A DNA stretch of 63,050 nucleotides, filler included, from Pseudomonadota bacterium (GTDB lineage: Bacteria > Desulfobacterota > Desulfobacteria > Desulfobacterales > JBDRRP01): NCBI GenBank assembly GCA_043825735.1. It is 7 parts of 7 records of this genome, joined end to end, with 100 filler letters (N's around TTAATTAATTAA, not from the genome) between each part and the next. Parts side by side here need not be neighbours in the genome. Positions count along the whole stretch, not along the records: positions 20,005 to 35,087 come from JBDRRP010000109.1; 6 more parts are not named here. One strand, 5' to 3'. Below are positions 21,395 to 33,878 of this stretch, one piece after another; positions within the stretch are counted from its first letter, which is position 1, and each line of letters opens with the position of its first letter. Made by a program: the position numbers and the translations under genes. The notes beneath the pieces were generated by a model. The model had not been told where the DNA came from. It did no database searches and saw only the letters and a list, made by a program, of their open reading frames with translations.

Positions 21395-24300
21395 TTAGGC
21401 CACCTCGATTTCGACCTCCCGATATTCCCGGACTCCGGTGCCTGCCGGAATGATACGGCCCATGATGACATTTTCCTTCAGGCCCTTGAGAAAGTCCTTT
21501 CTGGCCTGAATCGCAGCGTCCGTCAGAACCTTAGTCGTCTCCTGGAACGACGCCGCTGAGATAAAGCTCTCAGTGCTCAGAGACGCCTTGGTGATTCCGA
21601 GAATGAGTGATTCAGCCAGTGCCGGACGGCCACCTTGCGCCAAAACAGCCTGATTGGTCTCCTCAAACCGTGATTTATCAACCTGTTCTTCATTGATAAA
21701 ATCGGTATCACCCGGTTCAAGGATTTTTACCATTCGCATCATCTGCCGAACGATGACCTCGATGTGTTTGTCATTGATACGGACCCCCTGCAGCCGGTAC
21801 ACCTCTTGAACCTCGTCGACGAGGTATTTGGCCAGAGCGATTTCGCCTTTGATATTGAGGATATCCTGCGGTATGGCGGAGCCGCCGATCAGCGGCTCGC
21901 CGGCTCTGATGTAATCGCCTTCGTAGACGTTGATGTGTTTGCCCCGCGGGATGAGGTATTCGCGCTTTTCACCCACATCGACCGGGGTTACCGTAATCCG
22001 TTGTTTGCCTTTTTTAGAGGCCTTGGCAATGGAAACATATCCGTCAATTTCACTAAGAATGGCCACTTCCTTGGGTTTTCGAACTTCAAAGAGTTCGGCT
22101 ACCCGCGGCAGACCGCCGGTGATATCTTTCGTCTTTGTTGTCGCCCGCGGCAATTTAGCCAGGATATCGCCGGCTTGCACCGTATCGCCTTCTTCGACCA
22201 TGATGATGGCATCGATCGGTAAAAAATACCGGGCCAGCCCGCCGCCACCGGGCAGTGTGGCTGTCTTTCCATCGACGTCCTTAATAGATATGCGAGGGCG
22301 TTCTTCACCACTCTTGGACTCCGAAATCGTCCGGCTTGACTTGCCGGTGACAGGGTCCACTTTCTCTATGACGGTTTTGCCAGGCAGAATGTCGCCAAAT
22401 TTGATGACGCCGCTGAGCTCAGTGATGATCGGCGTTGAAAAGGGGTCCCAGGACGCCAGCATATCACCAGCGTTCACATCTTGACCATCCTTTACCATGA
22501 GGTGGGCGCCATAGATGACAGGGTGCCGCTCGCGTTCACGTCCGGCATCGCTGACGATTGCAAATTCCCCCCCCCGCCGGTTCATGACCACCATGTCACC
22601 TTGGGCATTCACGACGACTTTCAGATCGACATACTTGATCTTTCCCTCGACACGGGATTTGATATCGGCCTGCTCAACGCGTCGGCTGGCGGTACCACCG
22701 ATGTGAAACGTCCGCATGGTCAACTGCGTACCCGGCTCGCCGATGGACTGTGCGGCGAGAATGCCTATAGACTGCCCCAGTTCGACAGTTGTGCCATGCG
22801 CGAGATCACGCCCATAACACTTGGCACAGATGCCGACCTGCGCGCGGCAGGTCAATGCTGATCGAATCGTCACATTGGTGATACCGGCGTCCTCGATCAA
22901 AGCGACATCACCTTCATCCAACTCGTGGCCTGCGGTAATGAGGACTTCATCGGTAAACGGATCGAGAATATCGTTGAGCGCCACGCGCCCGAGGACGCGC
23001 TCACCGAGGCGCTGAATCACTTCGCCGCCTTCGAGAAGCGGTTCGACCTCGATACCGACCATTGTGCCGCAATCGACTTCTGTCACGCTGCAATCCTGGG
23101 CCACATCGGCAAGTCGGCGTGTCAGATAACCGGAGTTAGCGGTCTTAAGGGCCGTGTCCGCAAGACCTTTTCGGGCACCATGTGTCGAAATAAAGTACTG
23201 AAGCACCGACAGGCCTTCCCGGAAATTAGCATGAATGGGTGTCTCGATAATTTCTCCTGAAGGCTTCGCCATAAGACCACGCATACCGGCCAGCTGGCGC
23301 ATTTGGTCCTTGCTGCCCCGGGCTCCCGAATCGGCCATCATATAGATGGGGTTCATGCTCTCGGTGATGATGGGCGCGCCGTCTTCACCCAAGACAGGGC
23401 TGCCGTCGGGGTACTTTGCCGTTGCAAACTTCATCACTTCCATCATCTCATTTGCAACGTCATCGGTCGCTTTCGCCCAGATATCGACGACTTTGTTGTA
23501 TTTCTCTCCGGGGGTGATAAGCCCCTCAGTATACTGCTTTTCAATTTCCTCAACGCGGCTTTCAGCCTGTTTGAGAATGTCCCATTTTGCAGATGGGATG
23601 ATCATAGCGTCGATCGATATGGACAGTCCGCCTTCGGTCGAATACCGGTACCCGATATCTTTGAGACGGTCAGAGAGTATTACTGTCGCTTTAGGCCCAA
23701 GGTTTCTGTATGCATAGTCAACGAGGTTCCTCAGAGACTTTTTGTCCATAACCCGGTTGATCATTTCGAATGGTATTTCCGGGCGCCGTTCAACAACCTC
23801 GAACAAGTGGAAATGGGTATCATCGGAAATGATCCCGCTGTGTTCTTTGGGATTCAGGCTAAAAACGATGTCGGCATCCTCGACATCTTTGCAGAAGATG
23901 CGTGCGAACTCGTCTTTCCGAAACAGCCCTACACCGCTGGTATTCCCTTTTTGATCATCACTGCATAGATCACCGACGATATCTTCAAACGCCGTCCCTT
24001 TCTTCATTGCGTCCAACGCCGCCAGCGCATCGACTTCACTGGACAACGTCATATACTGCAGGCGCATCAGATTGTCCTGGGGGATAATCTCCCATAGCAA
24101 AATTCGACCGACCGTCGAGTCACATCGTTCCTTGCTGATACGCACTTTTATCGTGGCATGCAGATCGATCATGCCGGCGTCATAGGCGATGCGAACTTCT
24201 TCAGGCCCCGAAAATGTCCTTCCTTCTCCACGCGCGCCGATTTTTTCGCGCGTCATGTAGTAAATGCCCAGAACGATATCTTGGCTGGGAACGATGATCG

Positions 24301-25792
24301 GGCTGCCATTGGCAGGCGATAAGATGTTGTTGCTCGATAGCATCAACACCCGTGCTTCAATCTGTGCTTCAACCGACAATGGCACGTGCACGGCCATCTG
24401 GTCACCGTCGAAGTCGGCATTGAACGCGGTACAAACAAGCGGGTGCAACTGGATCGCCTTGCCTTCAATCAAAATCGGTTCAAACGCCTGGATACCCAAT
24501 CGGTGCAGTGTGGGTGCGCGGTTTAGCATCACAGGATACTCTTTCACAACGTCATCAAGCGTATCCCAAACTTCAGGCACCTCACGCTCTACCATTTTCT
24601 TGGCGCTTTTGACGGTTGATACCAAGCCTTTTTCTTCCAGGCGATAGTAAACAAACGGCTTGAACAGTTCCAGCGCCATTTGTTTCGGCAGGCCGCATTG
24701 ATGCAATCTCAGATTCGGCCCTACAGTAATAACGGTACGCCCGGAGTAGTCGACGCGTTTTCCAAGCAGGTTCTGGCGGAACCGCCCCTGCTTTCCCTTG
24801 AGCGTATCACTGAGTGATTTGAGCGGACGCTTGTTGGTGCCGGTGATCACGCGACCATGTCGGCCATTATCGAAAAGGACATCCACCGATTCCTGAAGCA
24901 TCCGCTTTTCATTTCTGATGATGATATCCGGCGCGTTCAAATCGATCAGTCGCTTCAGACGGTTGTTTCTGTTGATCACTCTGCGGTAAAGGTCATTGAG
25001 GTCAGACGTGGCAAACCGCCCCCCCTCCAACGGGACCAGAGGGCGCAGGTCAGGCGGAAGTACCGGGATCACGTCCATGATCATCCAGGTCGGATCTACG
25101 CCGGATTTGCGGAATGCATCGACAATTTTGAGGCGCTTGGCCAATTTCTGACGTTTAGCCACCGAATTGGTCGCAAAAATATCTTCTCTGAGCTGGTTGT
25201 ATTCGGCATCCAGGTCAAGATTGCCCAGCATGGTCTTGACCGCTGCGGCGCCGATGCCCGCCTCAAATTTACTCCCATACGCTTCTACCGCTTCCCGATA
25301 TTTCTCTTCGGAAAGCAATTGGCCTCTGGCCAGCGGCGTTTCTTTGGGGTCTACGACAATATAACTGTCGAAGTAGAGTACTTTTTCAATGTTTTTGAGC
25401 GTCAAGTCGAGGAGGTTGCCAATTTTACTAGGCAGGCTCTTCAAAAACCAGATGTGCGCGCACGGCGTTGCCAACTCGATATGCGCCATCCGCTCTCTGC
25501 GCACCTTCGACTGAATGACTTCCACACCGCATTTTTCGCAAATGACCCCACGATGTTTCATCCGCTTATACTTGCCGCAATTACACTCGTAGTCCTTGGT
25601 CGGTCCAAAAATCTTTGCGCAAAACAGGCCGTCCCGTTCGGGTTTGAAAGTTCTGTAATTAATCGTCTCCGGCTTTTTGATTTCACCATGAGACCATTTC
25701 AGGATCTGCTCGGGGCTCGCCAGGGCGACCTGCACACCGATATAGCGACGCGGGTCAATCGGTTTCGCAAAAAAGTCGTATAGTGTTTCCAT
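21395..25792 (-). CDS. rpoC: RNA polymerase beta-prime subunit with a ~99-aa inserted domain
   Basis: NADFDGDQM active site, N-terminal zinc ribbon, [13 protein letters not shown]; extra segment at aa ~572-670. Confidence 0.98.
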   Translation of the reverse strand: METLYDFFAKPIDPRRYIGVQVALASPEQILKWSHGEIKKPETINYRTFKPERDGLFCAKIFGPTKDYECNCGKYKRMKHRGVICEKCGVEVIQSKVRRERMAHIELATPCAHIWFLKSLPSKIGNLLDLTLKNIEKVLYFDSYIVVDPKETPLARGQLLSEEKYREAVEAYGSKFEAGIGAAAVKTMLGNLDLDAEYNQLREDIFATNSVAKRQKLAKRLKIVDAFRKSGVDPTWMIMDVIPVLPPDLRPLVPLEGGRFATSDLNDLYRRVINRNNRLKRLIDLNAPDIIIRNEKRMLQESVDVLFDNGRHGRVITGTNKRPLKSLSDTLKGKQGRFRQNLLGKRVDYSGRTVITVGPNLRLHQCGLPKQMALELFKPFVYYRLEEKGLVSTVKSAKKMVEREVPEVWDTLDDVVKEYPVMLNRAPTLHRLGIQAFEPILIEGKAIQLHPLVCTAFNADFDGDQMAVHVPLSVEAQIEARVLMLSSNNILSPANGSPIIVPSQDIVLGIYYMTREKIGARGEGRTFSGPEEVRIAYDAGMIDLHATIKVRISKERCDSTVGRILLWEIIPQDNLMRLQYMTLSSEVDALAALDAMKKGTAFEDIVGDLCSDDQKGNTSGVGLFRKDEFARIFCKDVEDADIVFSLNPKEHSGIISDDTHFHLFEVVERRPEIPFEMINRVMDKKSLRNLVDYAYRNLGPKATVILSDRLKDIGYRYSTEGGLSISIDAMIIPSAKWDILKQAESRVEEIEKQYTEGLITPGEKYNKVVDIWAKATDDVANEMMEVMKFATAKYPDGSPVLGEDGAPIITESMNPIYMMADSGARGSKDQMRQLAGMRGLMAKPSGEIIETPIHANFREGLSVLQYFISTHGARKGLADTALKTANSGYLTRRLADVAQDCSVTEVDCGTMVGIEVEPLLEGGEVIQRLGERVLGRVALNDILDPFTDEVLITAGHELDEGDVALIEDAGITNVTIRSALTCRAQVGICAKCYGRDLAHGTTVELGQSIGILAAQSIGEPGTQLTMRTFHIGGTASRRVEQADIKSRVEGKIKYVDLKVVVNAQGDMVVMNRRGGEFAIVSDAGRERERHPVIYGAHLMVKDGQDVNAGDMLASWDPFSTPIITELSGVIKFGDILPGKTVIEKVDPVTGKSSRTISESKSGEERPRISIKDVDGKTATLPGGGGLARYFLPIDAIIMVEEGDTVQAGDILAKLPRATTKTKDITGGLPRVAELFEVRKPKEVAILSEIDGYVSIAKASKKGKQRITVTPVDVGEKREYLIPRGKHINVYEGDYIRAGEPLIGGSAIPQDILNIKGEIALAKYLVDEVQEVYRLQGVRINDKHIEVIVRQMMRMVKILEPGDTDFINEEQVDKSRFEETNQAVLAQGGRPALAESLILGITKASLSTESFISAASFQETTKVLTDAAIQARKDFLKGLKENVIMGRIIPAGTGVREYREVEIEVA

Positions 25793-25848
25793 GTGACCTT
25801 CCTGTACTCCGGAAAATGGTTAAGAATTGCTCCTGCTCGTTGGCGGCG

Positions 25849-28800
25849 TTAGATCTCTAGCAATGCCACATCCAGCCCCAGCGCCTGCAATTCTTTTGTA
25901 AGTACCTTGAAAGATTCGGGCAAACCTGGCTCCAGGGTATTCTGACCCTTGACAATCTTTTCGTACATGCGCGTACGGCCGGCCATATCATCCGACTTGA
26001 CGGTCAAAAACTCCTGCAGCGCGTGTGCTGCCCCATATGCCTCCATCGCCCATACCTCCATCTCTCCCAGCCGCTGACCACCGAACTGCGCTTTCCCTCC
26101 CAACGGCTGCTGTGTGACCAGAGAATACGGACCGATCGAACGGGCATGAATTTTATCGTCGACAAGGTGATGAAGCTTTAGCATATACATTGTACCGACG
26201 GTAATTTTCTCTTTGAAAGCCTCACCCGTGCGCCCGTCATAAAGTGTTGTCTGGCCGGTAGATTCAAGACCCGCCAACTCCAGCAATTCCTTGATCTCAA
26301 ATTCTTTCGCACCATCGAATACCGGCGTGGCCATGTGCACGCCGTTTCGGTATTGGGCCACAAACGCATCAATCTGTGCGTCATCAAAGCCAGCTATCAT
26401 TTGTTTGTTTTCATCATCGCCAAATACTTTTTTTAGCTGGTTTTTGAGTTCCTTGGTTTTATGCTCTTCGACGAGTTTGTTGAGCTGCGCGCCTAAGCCT
26501 TTTGCAGCTCGGCCGAGGTGGATTTCGAGCACCTGCCCAACGTTCATGCGAGAGGGGACGCCCAGGGGGTTGAGAACCATATCGACAGGTGTACCGTCGG
26601 CAAAATAGGGAAGATCCTCTTGCGGAAGGATACGCGAGACCACGCCTTTGTTTCCATGGCGTCCGGCCATCTTATCACCGACGGACAATTTTCGCTTCAT
26701 CGCGACGTACACTTTTACCATCTTGATGACACCCGGCGGCAAATCGTCTCCACGCTCAAATCGACTGGCCTGGTGTTCAAAAGTTTTCTCGCAGTGTTCA
26801 CAATGATTTCGGTAAACATCGATGAGGCCTTGCACCCGTTCTGCCATCTCGGGGTCGTCTACAGCGAGCCCCTCCAGCATCGCTACCGGTATCTCGGCCA
26901 AAGCTGAAACCTCGATTTTCGCCCCCTTGGCGATAAGCACCTTCTTGCCCTTTTTAATCGTGCTCCCCGATTGGCGGCCGTCCATCAACTCAGCGATGCG
27001 CTCTCTGGCCACATCAGCGATAATCGACAGCTCATCATCTCGGTTGCGCTCGAGAACGGCAATCTCAGTATCCTCGATTTCACGCGTCCGCTCATCTTTA
27101 TCGGTTCCGCGTCTTGAAAACACCTTGGCATCGATGACGATCCCCTGCACCCCTGGCGGCACACGAAGCGATGTGTCTTTTACATCGCCGGCCTTCTCGC
27201 CAAAAATAGCTCTGAGCAGTTTCTCCTCTGGAGAAAGCTGCGTTTCACCTTTGGGGGTAATTTTCCCGACAAGAATATCACCCGGGGTTACCTCAGCGCC
27301 AAGCCGAATAATTCCGCTTTCATCGAGGTTTTTCAACGCTTCTTCACCGACATTCGGAATATCGCGTGTAATATCTTCTTTCCCGAGTTTAGTGTCGCGA
27401 GCGACTACTTCAAACTCTTCTATATGGACAGAAGTATATACGCCTTCCCGGTGAAGCCGTTCGCCGACAAGGATCGAGTCTTCAAAATTGTAACCGCCCC
27501 ACGGCATAAAGGCGACAGTGACATTTTTCCCCAATGCCAGCTCGCCCTTATCGGTGGCCGGACCGTCGGCAATCACTTCTCCCGCCTCTACGAACTGGTT
27601 CTTCACAACGATTGGGCGGTGGTTAAAGCAGGTGTTCTGGTTGGAGCGGACGAACTTGGACAAATTGTAAACAGTGACCGGCTGGGCATCCCCATGGCCG
27701 CCCTCATGATGTTTCAAAACAATGCGGGAAGCGTCGACATCGATGATCACGCCTGCCTTTTCAGCCAAAATGGTTACGCCCGAGTCTTTAGCCACGACAC
27801 CTTCGATGCCGGTTCCGACCAACGGGGCCTCACTGGTAATCAGCGGAACGGCCTGCCGCTGCATGTTTGATCCCATTAGCGCGCGGTTGGCATCATCATT
27901 TTCGAGGAAAGGAATCAGTGATGCAGACACACTTACCAACTGGATGGGAGAGACGTCCATCAATTCGATATCGTCAGCGTGCGACATCATAAATTCGCCG
28001 GCAACGCGTGAAGTCACCAAGGCGTTGACGAAATGTTTCTTTGCATCCAAGGGCGCGTTCGCCTGTGCGATCGGATGAGATTTTTCTTCGAACCCACTGA
28101 GAAACCGGACCGTTTCGGAAACCGTGCTGTCTTTGACCACGCTATATGGGGTTTCAATGAAACCATATTCGTTCACACGCGCGTAAGTACTCAAGGAAAC
28201 GATCAGTCCGATATTGGGTCCTTCCGGCGTCTCGATTGGACAAATCCGTCCATAGTGGGAGGGATGCACATCGCGCACCTCAAAGCCGGCCCGCTCACGG
28301 GTCAGACCGCCCGGTCCCAGGGCACTCAGACGACGTTTGTGAGTCGTTTCAGAAAGCGGATTGGTCTGATCCATGAACTGGGATAACTGGCTGGTTCCAA
28401 AAAATTCCTTAACGACAGCCGATACCGGTTTGGGGTTGACCAGATCATGGGGCATCAGCGCGTCTACTTCCTGAAGACTCATCCGCTCCTTGATCGCCCG
28501 CTCCATCCGTACCAACCCGATTCGGTACTGGTTCTCTAAAAGCTCACCGACGGCCCGTACACGACGATTCCCGAGATGATCGATATCGTCTACGAGTCCT
28601 TGCGTATCCCGAAGTTCGATAAGTGTTTTGGCTGTGAGCAGAATATCTTCTTTTCGCAGAATTTTAAGATCGATGTCGGTTTCGATACCAAGACGCATGT
28701 TAATCTTGAGCCGACCGACGCCTGACAGATCGTAGTAAGCGCTTTTGAAAAACAGGTGATCGAGAAAATCTTGAGCGACCTCGGGCGTCGCGGGATTCCC

Positions 28801-29940
28801 GGGACGCAGGCGCCGATAGATATCGATGAGCGCGTCTTCTTTTGAAGTCACCTTATCCACCAGAAGTGTTTTCCGAACGGAATCGCTCGATGTAACAACA
28901 TCGACGGATAAGATACCGACCTCTTCGATGCCGGCCTTATTCATCATCTCAAGTTTTGCGTCATCAATTGTGTCATTGGCTTTAAGCAAAAGCTCCCCAG
29001 TTTTGGGGTGCATTACCGGTGTTGCCACCGTTTTCTCAATTAGATCTTCGAGATTGATGGGCACGCGGTACATCCCGAGCGATGTCATCCGTTTTAAGGC
29101 GCGGGCGGTAAACATGCGCCCTTTCTTAACCAATATTTCGCCATTCTCAGGATCCTTGACATCCTTAGTGGCGCGCTGTCCTTTCAGCGAGTCGACAGTG
29201 AAGCTCCGTTCTAACGTTTTCCCCTTCAAAAAAACCGTGTCAGTCAAATAGAAATAGGCGAGTAAATCCTCAATGGTGTACCCGAATGCCTTAAACAATG
29301 TAGTAATCGGGAATTTTCTGCGCCTGTCGATACGGATATAGACAACATCCTTTGGATCGATTTCCATATCGATCCAGGACCCCCGCACCGGAATGATGCG
29401 CGAGCTGTATATGACTTTGCCGCTGGAATGCGTCTTGCCCTTATCGTGATCGAAAAAGACGCCGGAAGAGCGGTGCAACTGGCTGACGACAACGCGCTCG
29501 GTCCCGTTGATAATAAACGTTCCCTTTTCAGTCATCAAAGGGATCGTTCCAAAGTAAATTTCCTGCTCTTTGATATCACGGATATTTGAGAAACCGCTTT
29601 CCTTGTCTACATCATAGACGACCAGCCGAACGGTGATGCGAACGGGGATCTCATAGGTCATCCCTCGATGAATACATTCCTGAACACTATGTTTCACTTC
29701 TGCAAACCGATATGAAACAAATTCGAGGCTAGCGCTCCCGGTGAAATCCTTAATGGGAAAAACAGACTTGAAGACAGCCTGCAGGCCGATGTCCTTCCGT
29801 CTTTCTGGAGGGACATCCATTTGAAGAAAACGTCTAAACGATTCTTTCTGGACACCGATGAGATCCGGAATTTCAACAATTTTCCGAATCTTACCGAAAT
29901 TTTTACGAATGCGTTTGCTCGCCAGAAGTCTCTCCGCCAT
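25849..29940 (-). CDS. rpoB: RNA polymerase beta subunit
   Basis: [24 protein letters not shown] and [12 protein letters not shown]. Confidence 0.98.
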   Translation of the reverse strand: MAERLLASKRIRKNFGKIRKIVEIPDLIGVQKESFRRFLQMDVPPERRKDIGLQAVFKSVFPIKDFTGSASLEFVSYRFAEVKHSVQECIHRGMTYEIPVRITVRLVVYDVDKESGFSNIRDIKEQEIYFGTIPLMTEKGTFIINGTERVVVSQLHRSSGVFFDHDKGKTHSSGKVIYSSRIIPVRGSWIDMEIDPKDVVYIRIDRRRKFPITTLFKAFGYTIEDLLAYFYLTDTVFLKGKTLERSFTVDSLKGQRATKDVKDPENGEILVKKGRMFTARALKRMTSLGMYRVPINLEDLIEKTVATPVMHPKTGELLLKANDTIDDAKLEMMNKAGIEEVGILSVDVVTSSDSVRKTLLVDKVTSKEDALIDIYRRLRPGNPATPEVAQDFLDHLFFKSAYYDLSGVGRLKINMRLGIETDIDLKILRKEDILLTAKTLIELRDTQGLVDDIDHLGNRRVRAVGELLENQYRIGLVRMERAIKERMSLQEVDALMPHDLVNPKPVSAVVKEFFGTSQLSQFMDQTNPLSETTHKRRLSALGPGGLTRERAGFEVRDVHPSHYGRICPIETPEGPNIGLIVSLSTYARVNEYGFIETPYSVVKDSTVSETVRFLSGFEEKSHPIAQANAPLDAKKHFVNALVTSRVAGEFMMSHADDIELMDVSPIQLVSVSASLIPFLENDDANRALMGSNMQRQAVPLITSEAPLVGTGIEGVVAKDSGVTILAEKAGVIIDVDASRIVLKHHEGGHGDAQPVTVYNLSKFVRSNQNTCFNHRPIVVKNQFVEAGEVIADGPATDKGELALGKNVTVAFMPWGGYNFEDSILVGERLHREGVYTSVHIEEFEVVARDTKLGKEDITRDIPNVGEEALKNLDESGIIRLGAEVTPGDILVGKITPKGETQLSPEEKLLRAIFGEKAGDVKDTSLRVPPGVQGIVIDAKVFSRRGTDKDERTREIEDTEIAVLERNRDDELSIIADVARERIAELMDGRQSGSTIKKGKKVLIAKGAKIEVSALAEIPVAMLEGLAVDDPEMAERVQGLIDVYRNHCEHCEKTFEHQASRFERGDDLPPGVIKMVKVYVAMKRKLSVGDKMAGRHGNKGVVSRILPQEDLPYFADGTPVDMVLNPLGVPSRMNVGQVLEIHLGRAAKGLGAQLNKLVEEHKTKELKNQLKKVFGDDENKQMIAGFDDAQIDAFVAQYRNGVHMATPVFDGAKEFEIKELLELAGLESTGQTTLYDGRTGEAFKEKITVGTMYMLKLHHLVDDKIHARSIGPYSLVTQQPLGGKAQFGGQRLGEMEVWAMEAYGAAHALQEFLTVKSDDMAGRTRMYEKIVKGQNTLEPGLPESFKVLTKELQALGLDVALLEI

Positions 29941-30060
29941 GGATTCTCCGCTATTATTTTAAGTTTGTGTTAAGCGTGAAAGGTAAGCGCTTGACCGTGA
30001 AGAATATTTCAGTTCTTGCTGGTGCGTGAATGAGAGAAATGCGCTTTCTGAAAAACAGCG

Positions 30061-30095
30061 AAAATGGGACGGCGCAAAATGCGCCGGTCCCATTT
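30061..30095 (-). terminator. Intrinsic terminator/attenuator between rplL and rpoB
   Basis: Minus strand AAATGGGACCGGCGC-ATTTT-GCGCCGTCCCATTTT. Confidence 0.6.
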
Positions 30096-30138
30096 ACCGT
30101 ATAGGCTCACCAGCTGAAAAAAAACATGCAGAGCGGGG

Positions 30139-30522
30139 CTATTTCACTTCAACTTGTGCGCCGGCTTCTTCAAGCTGAGCTTTGATCTTTTCAGCCTCTT
30201 CCTTCGGAACACCCTCTTTTACGGGCTTCGGAGCCTCATCAACCAGCGCCTTGGCTTCTTTGAGTCCAAGACCCGTAATGGCTCTGACTTCCTTGATGAC
30301 CTGGATCTTCTTGTCTCCGCACGTAGTCAGAATGACATCAAACTCCGTCTGCTCTTCTGCGGCAGCGGCACCGGCATCAGCAGGACCAGCAGCCATCATT
30401 GCGACCGGAGCTGCTGCAGAAACGCCAAACTTTTCTTCAAGCTCTTTGATCATCTCAGAGAGTTCGAGAACGGTCATATTTGCGATAAACTCGATGACAT
30501 CGGCTTTGGTAATATCAGCCAT
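30139..30522 (-). CDS. rplL: 50S ribosomal protein L7/L12
   Basis: [20 protein letters not shown] and GLGLKEAK. Confidence 0.98.
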   Translation of the reverse strand: MADITKADVIEFIANMTVLELSEMIKELEEKFGVSAAAPVAMMAAGPADAGAAAAEEQTEFDVILTTCGDKKIQVIKEVRAITGLGLKEAKALVDEAPKPVKEGVPKEEAEKIKAQLEEAGAQVEVK

Positions 30523-30585
30523 GGTATATTTCCTCCAAAAAAATTACGTTTAAAATGGTTCGATCTTTAGATGTTCGCCTTGTCT

Positions 30586-31107
30586 TTAGGCGGCTTCTTT
30601 TTGGTCTCTTATGGCCGCCAATACCCTGACAATGCTTGCCGGGATGGCATCGAGCGTCCTTACGAATGTTGTCGGGACAGCGTTCATTGCAGCCAACACC
30701 TGCGCAAGAAGCACTTCTCGGGATGGGAGAGAAGACAATGCTTTGATGCTCTCGACAGTGAGCACTTTCCCGTCCATGACGCCGATTTTTATTTCAAATT
30801 TTTGATTCTCTTTGGCAAAATCGGTAAGCACCTTGGCTGGTGCTACGGGGTCATTATAGCTGATTGCAATTGCACTGGGTCCTTTAAAATTGTCCTTGAT
30901 AAGGTCGGCATCAGTACCCGCTGCCGCCCTGACAAGAAGTGTATTCTTGACAACTTTAAATTCAACATCCGCCGCCCTGAGTTTTCGGCGCAGATCGTTG
31001 ATGGCGCTGACGTCAAGGCCTTTATAATCCGTGACGATGAGCACCTTCGATTTTGCAAACCGGCCCTTCAGGTCCTCTACGATCTCTTTTTTTTGAATCA
31101 AGTCCAC
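30586..31107 (-). CDS. rplJ: 50S ribosomal protein L10
   Basis: DYKGL, VVKNTL, LPSREVLLA; synteny. Confidence 0.97.
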   Translation of the reverse strand: MDLIQKKEIVEDLKGRFAKSKVLIVTDYKGLDVSAINDLRRKLRAADVEFKVVKNTLLVRAAAGTDADLIKDNFKGPSAIAISYNDPVAPAKVLTDFAKENQKFEIKIGVMDGKVLTVESIKALSSLPSREVLLAQVLAAMNAVPTTFVRTLDAIPASIVRVLAAIRDQKEAA

Positions 31108-31142
31108 GTTTTACACACACCTCCTTTCGCAACTGTAAAAAA

Positions 31143-31233
31143 CCGGAGGTATCCCCACTAAAAGGCTACCCCATCTCTGTAGGCCGGCTAAAAGCCGATT
31201 AAACACCTGCGTGAGCCTACGGTCTTTGACAGG
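31143..31233 (-). promoter_or_regulatory. Ribosomal protein L10 leader RNA
   Basis: Minus strand AAGACCGTAGG...TTAA...CCTACAGAGATGG in the rplA-rplJ spacer. Confidence 0.7.
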
Positions 31234-31307
31234 AATATAATCGCCATTATGGCGAATCTGGCCAAGTGCGGTCATCAACGATGAATCGCGCACAATGGCA
31301 CGTTTCA

Positions 31308-32015
31308 TCAGGCTTTGATCAGATCCTTGACAAAGGCGGTATCCACCTTGACGCCGGGTCCCATGGTGGATGAAACCGCGATCCCTTTCAGGTAAGTCCC
31401 TTTAGAGGCCGATGGTTTCAGCCGGACCAATGTCTCTAAAAATGCGGCCAGGTTCTGAATGATTTTATCAGGGCCGAAAGACACCTTTCCCATCGGGGCG
31501 TGAACGATACCGGCTTTTTCGACTCTGAAATCGATCTTTCCGGCCTTCAGTTCATTCACGGCCCTGGCAACGTCAAAAGTGACGGTTCCGGTCTTGGCGT
31601 TGGGCATCAACCCTCTGGGTCCGAGCAATCGGCCGATTTTGCCGACCGTGCCCATCATGTCGGGAGTTGCAACAGCCTTGTCGAAACCAAACCATCCCTC
31701 TTTGATTTTTTCAACCAGGTCGTCACCGCCGACATAATCAGCGCCAGCCGCTTTCGCCTCCGTCTCTTTTTCTCCTTTAGCGAAAACCAGCACTTTCACT
31801 TCCTTGCCCAAGCCATTTGGAAGGACCACCGTGCCGCGCACCATTTGGTCGGCGTGACGCGGATCAACTCCTAAACGGACAGCCACGTCGATGGTTTCGT
31901 CAAATTTGGCAAAGGAGGCGCCGATCACTTTGGTTATGGCCGACTCAAAATCGAACCGTTCCTGGCTTTCGACTTTCTCCCTGGATGCTGTGTATTTTTT
32001 ACCCCGCTTCGGCAT
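31308..32015 (-). CDS. rplA: 50S ribosomal protein L1
   Basis: KFDETID, DQMVRG and LGPRGLMPN. Confidence 0.98.
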   Translation of the reverse strand: MPKRGKKYTASREKVESQERFDFESAITKVIGASFAKFDETIDVAVRLGVDPRHADQMVRGTVVLPNGLGKEVKVLVFAKGEKETEAKAAGADYVGGDDLVEKIKEGWFGFDKAVATPDMMGTVGKIGRLLGPRGLMPNAKTGTVTFDVARAVNELKAGKIDFRVEKAGIVHAPMGKVSFGPDKIIQNLAAFLETLVRLKPSASKGTYLKGIAVSSTMGPGVKVDTAFVKDLIKA

Positions 32016-32091
32016 CTTCTTTATACACTCCCTTGTCGTTGGCTGTTATGCGTAAGCATCAGTAGTTGTGGCCGCCGACGGTTTGTTCACG

Positions 32092-32514
32092 TCACGCGAT
32101 TTCAATCCCCATACTTCTCGCTGTACCGGCAATGATACGGGTAGCCGCCTCTAGGTCATTTGCATTCAGGTCGGGCATCTTCAACTGCGCGATCTCCTCA
32201 ACCTGTTTTTGCGTAACCTTTCCAACACGATCACGCTTAGGGTCACTGGCGCCCTTGGCGATCTTCGCCGCTTTTTTCAACAAAACGGCCGCTGGCGGTG
32301 TCTTTGTAATAAAAGTAAACGATCGATCCTGGTACACCGTAATGACTACCGGTATGATCATTCCCTCTTCATCAGCAGTTCGGGCGTTGAATGCTTTGCA
32401 AAAATCCATAATATTCACACCGTGCTGGCCCAATGCAGGACCGATCGGAGGTGAAGGATTTGCCTTGCCTGCCGTAACCTGCAACTTGATTTGTGCTAAG
32501 ACTTTTTTAGCCAT
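32092..32514 (-). CDS. rplK: 50S ribosomal protein L11
   Basis: [17 protein letters not shown] and GTARSMG. Confidence 0.98.
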   Translation of the reverse strand: MAKKVLAQIKLQVTAGKANPSPPIGPALGQHGVNIMDFCKAFNARTADEEGMIIPVVITVYQDRSFTFITKTPPAAVLLKKAAKIAKGASDPKRDRVGKVTQKQVEEIAQLKMPDLNANDLEAATRIIAGTARSMGIEIA

Positions 32515-32534
32515 TGTAATTTAGACTCCTGACT

Positions 32535-33065
32535 CTATAGCTTGGTCACCTGAACAAAATCGAGCTCTACCGGCGTGGCTCTACCAAAAATGCTGACAAG
32601 CACTCGAATTTTACCCTTTTCCGGGTTTACCTCTTCCACTGTCCCGTTGAAGTTGGCAAATGGTCCGTCAATAACACGGATCTCATCGCCGTTCTCAAAG
32701 AAGAACTTGGGCTGAGGCTTCAATTTACCCGCTTCCATACGATTGAGTATCTGGTTCGCCTCTTCGTCACTCAGCGGAGTTGGCTTTAACCGACCCCCGA
32801 GAAATCCGGTCACCTTCGCCGTGTCATTGACGATGTGCCATGTCTCATCGGTCAACTCCAAATTCACCAATATGTATCCGGGATAAAACTTCCTCGACGA
32901 CTCTCTACGCTTGCCTTTGACCAACTCGACGACCTGTTCGGTCGGAACCATGACTTCGCCGAATTTATCTGCCACCGTGGACGCAGCAATCCGCTCCTCA
33001 AGGGCAGATTTAACCTTGTTCTCAAACCCCGAATACACATGAACGATGTACCATTTGAGAGCCAC
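32535..33065 (-). CDS. nusG: Transcription termination/antitermination factor NusG
   Basis: WYIVHVYSGFE, YPGYIL, KOW domain (DGPFANF, IFGRATPVEL). Confidence 0.98.
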   Translation of the reverse strand: MALKWYIVHVYSGFENKVKSALEERIAASTVADKFGEVMVPTEQVVELVKGKRRESSRKFYPGYILVNLELTDETWHIVNDTAKVTGFLGGRLKPTPLSDEEANQILNRMEAGKLKPQPKFFFENGDEIRVIDGPFANFNGTVEEVNPEKGKIRVLVSIFGRATPVELDFVQVTKL

Positions 33066-33083
33066 TATTGGTATCTCCCGGAA

Positions 33084-33482
33084 TTATTGAAGAACAAGTT
33101 GGACCAATTTCGACAGCCCGATGTCGATAACCCCCAGAAAAAAAGAGATGATCAAAACCAGAACAATCACGACAAGGGTTGAACCGACGGTCTGTTTTCT
33201 CGAAGGCCAGGTTACCTTTTTCAGCTCGACCTTAACTTCTCGCAGAAATTGAAGGCTTTTGTCTAAAATATTCCTTTTTACCGGGCCAGCAACTGTTCTA
33301 ACCGGAGCGGATATCTTGCGGCTTGCGCCCACAGTCTTTCGCTTTGCTTCCTTGCCTGGCACGATCGTCAGGCTGGAAGCTGAATTATCAATTATTGACG
33401 CGTCCTGCGTTACCTCTGCGTCTGTTGCCTGCGGCACTTTTTTTTTCTGCACTGCCGGCTTTTTTTTCAGTAGGCGTCCCAT
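33084..33482 (-). CDS. secE: Preprotein translocase SecE with a long soluble N-terminal extension
   Basis: FLREVKVELKKVTWPSRK plus one TM helix; AGGAG RBS before ATG 33482. Confidence 0.93.
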   Translation of the reverse strand: MGRLLKKKPAVQKKKVPQATDAEVTQDASIIDNSASSLTIVPGKEAKRKTVGASRKISAPVRTVAGPVKRNILDKSLQFLREVKVELKKVTWPSRKQTVGSTLVVIVLVLIISFFLGVIDIGLSKLVQLVLQ

Positions 33483-33573
33483 TGTACTCCTAAAATGCTG
33501 AAAGCTCCGGATTGAAACCAATAAGCTCGCCAGCCCGTCGTTTCAACCCTGAGCTTCACCGCTTTATGGGGTG

Positions 33574-33650
33574 TGGCAGGCCAGGAGGGATTCGAACCCC
33601 CAACCCTCGGATTTGGAGTCCGATGCTCTACCAGTTCGAGCTACTGGCCT
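33574..33650 (-). tRNA. tRNA-Trp (CCA)
   Basis: AGGCCAG/CTGGCCT acceptor stem, CT-CCA-AA anticodon loop, GGTTCGAATCC T-loop, encoded CCA end. Confidence 0.96.
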
Positions 33651-33699
33651 GCGAACTCGCTTGGCCGGCACAGTCATCCATCGCACCGACCGGTTACAG

Positions 33700-33849
33700 C
33701 TACTTCGTCTCTTTATGCGAGGTATGTTTGCGGCAAAACCTGCAATATTTGTTGAACTCGAGCTTATCGGGCGTTGTCCGTTTATTTTTCGTAGTCGTGT
33801 AGTTGCGACTTTTACACTCTGTACACGTCAATGCGACAATTACTCTCAA
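33700..33849 (-). CDS. rpmG: 50S ribosomal protein L33 (zinc-binding form)
   Basis: Hand translation from [52 protein letters not shown]; below the ORF-track cutoff. Confidence 0.95.
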   Translation of the reverse strand: MRVIVALTCTECKSRNYTTTKNKRTTPDKLEFNKYCRFCRKHTSHKETK

Positions 33850-33878
33850 CGAGCGGCTCCTTTGTGCTGTAATGCTGG

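Noticed and set aside
23783..24079. The RpoC insertion as an intein
   Set aside because: No N-terminal Cys/Ser or C-terminal His-Asn followed by Cys/Ser/Thr, and it is shorter than a typical mini-intein.
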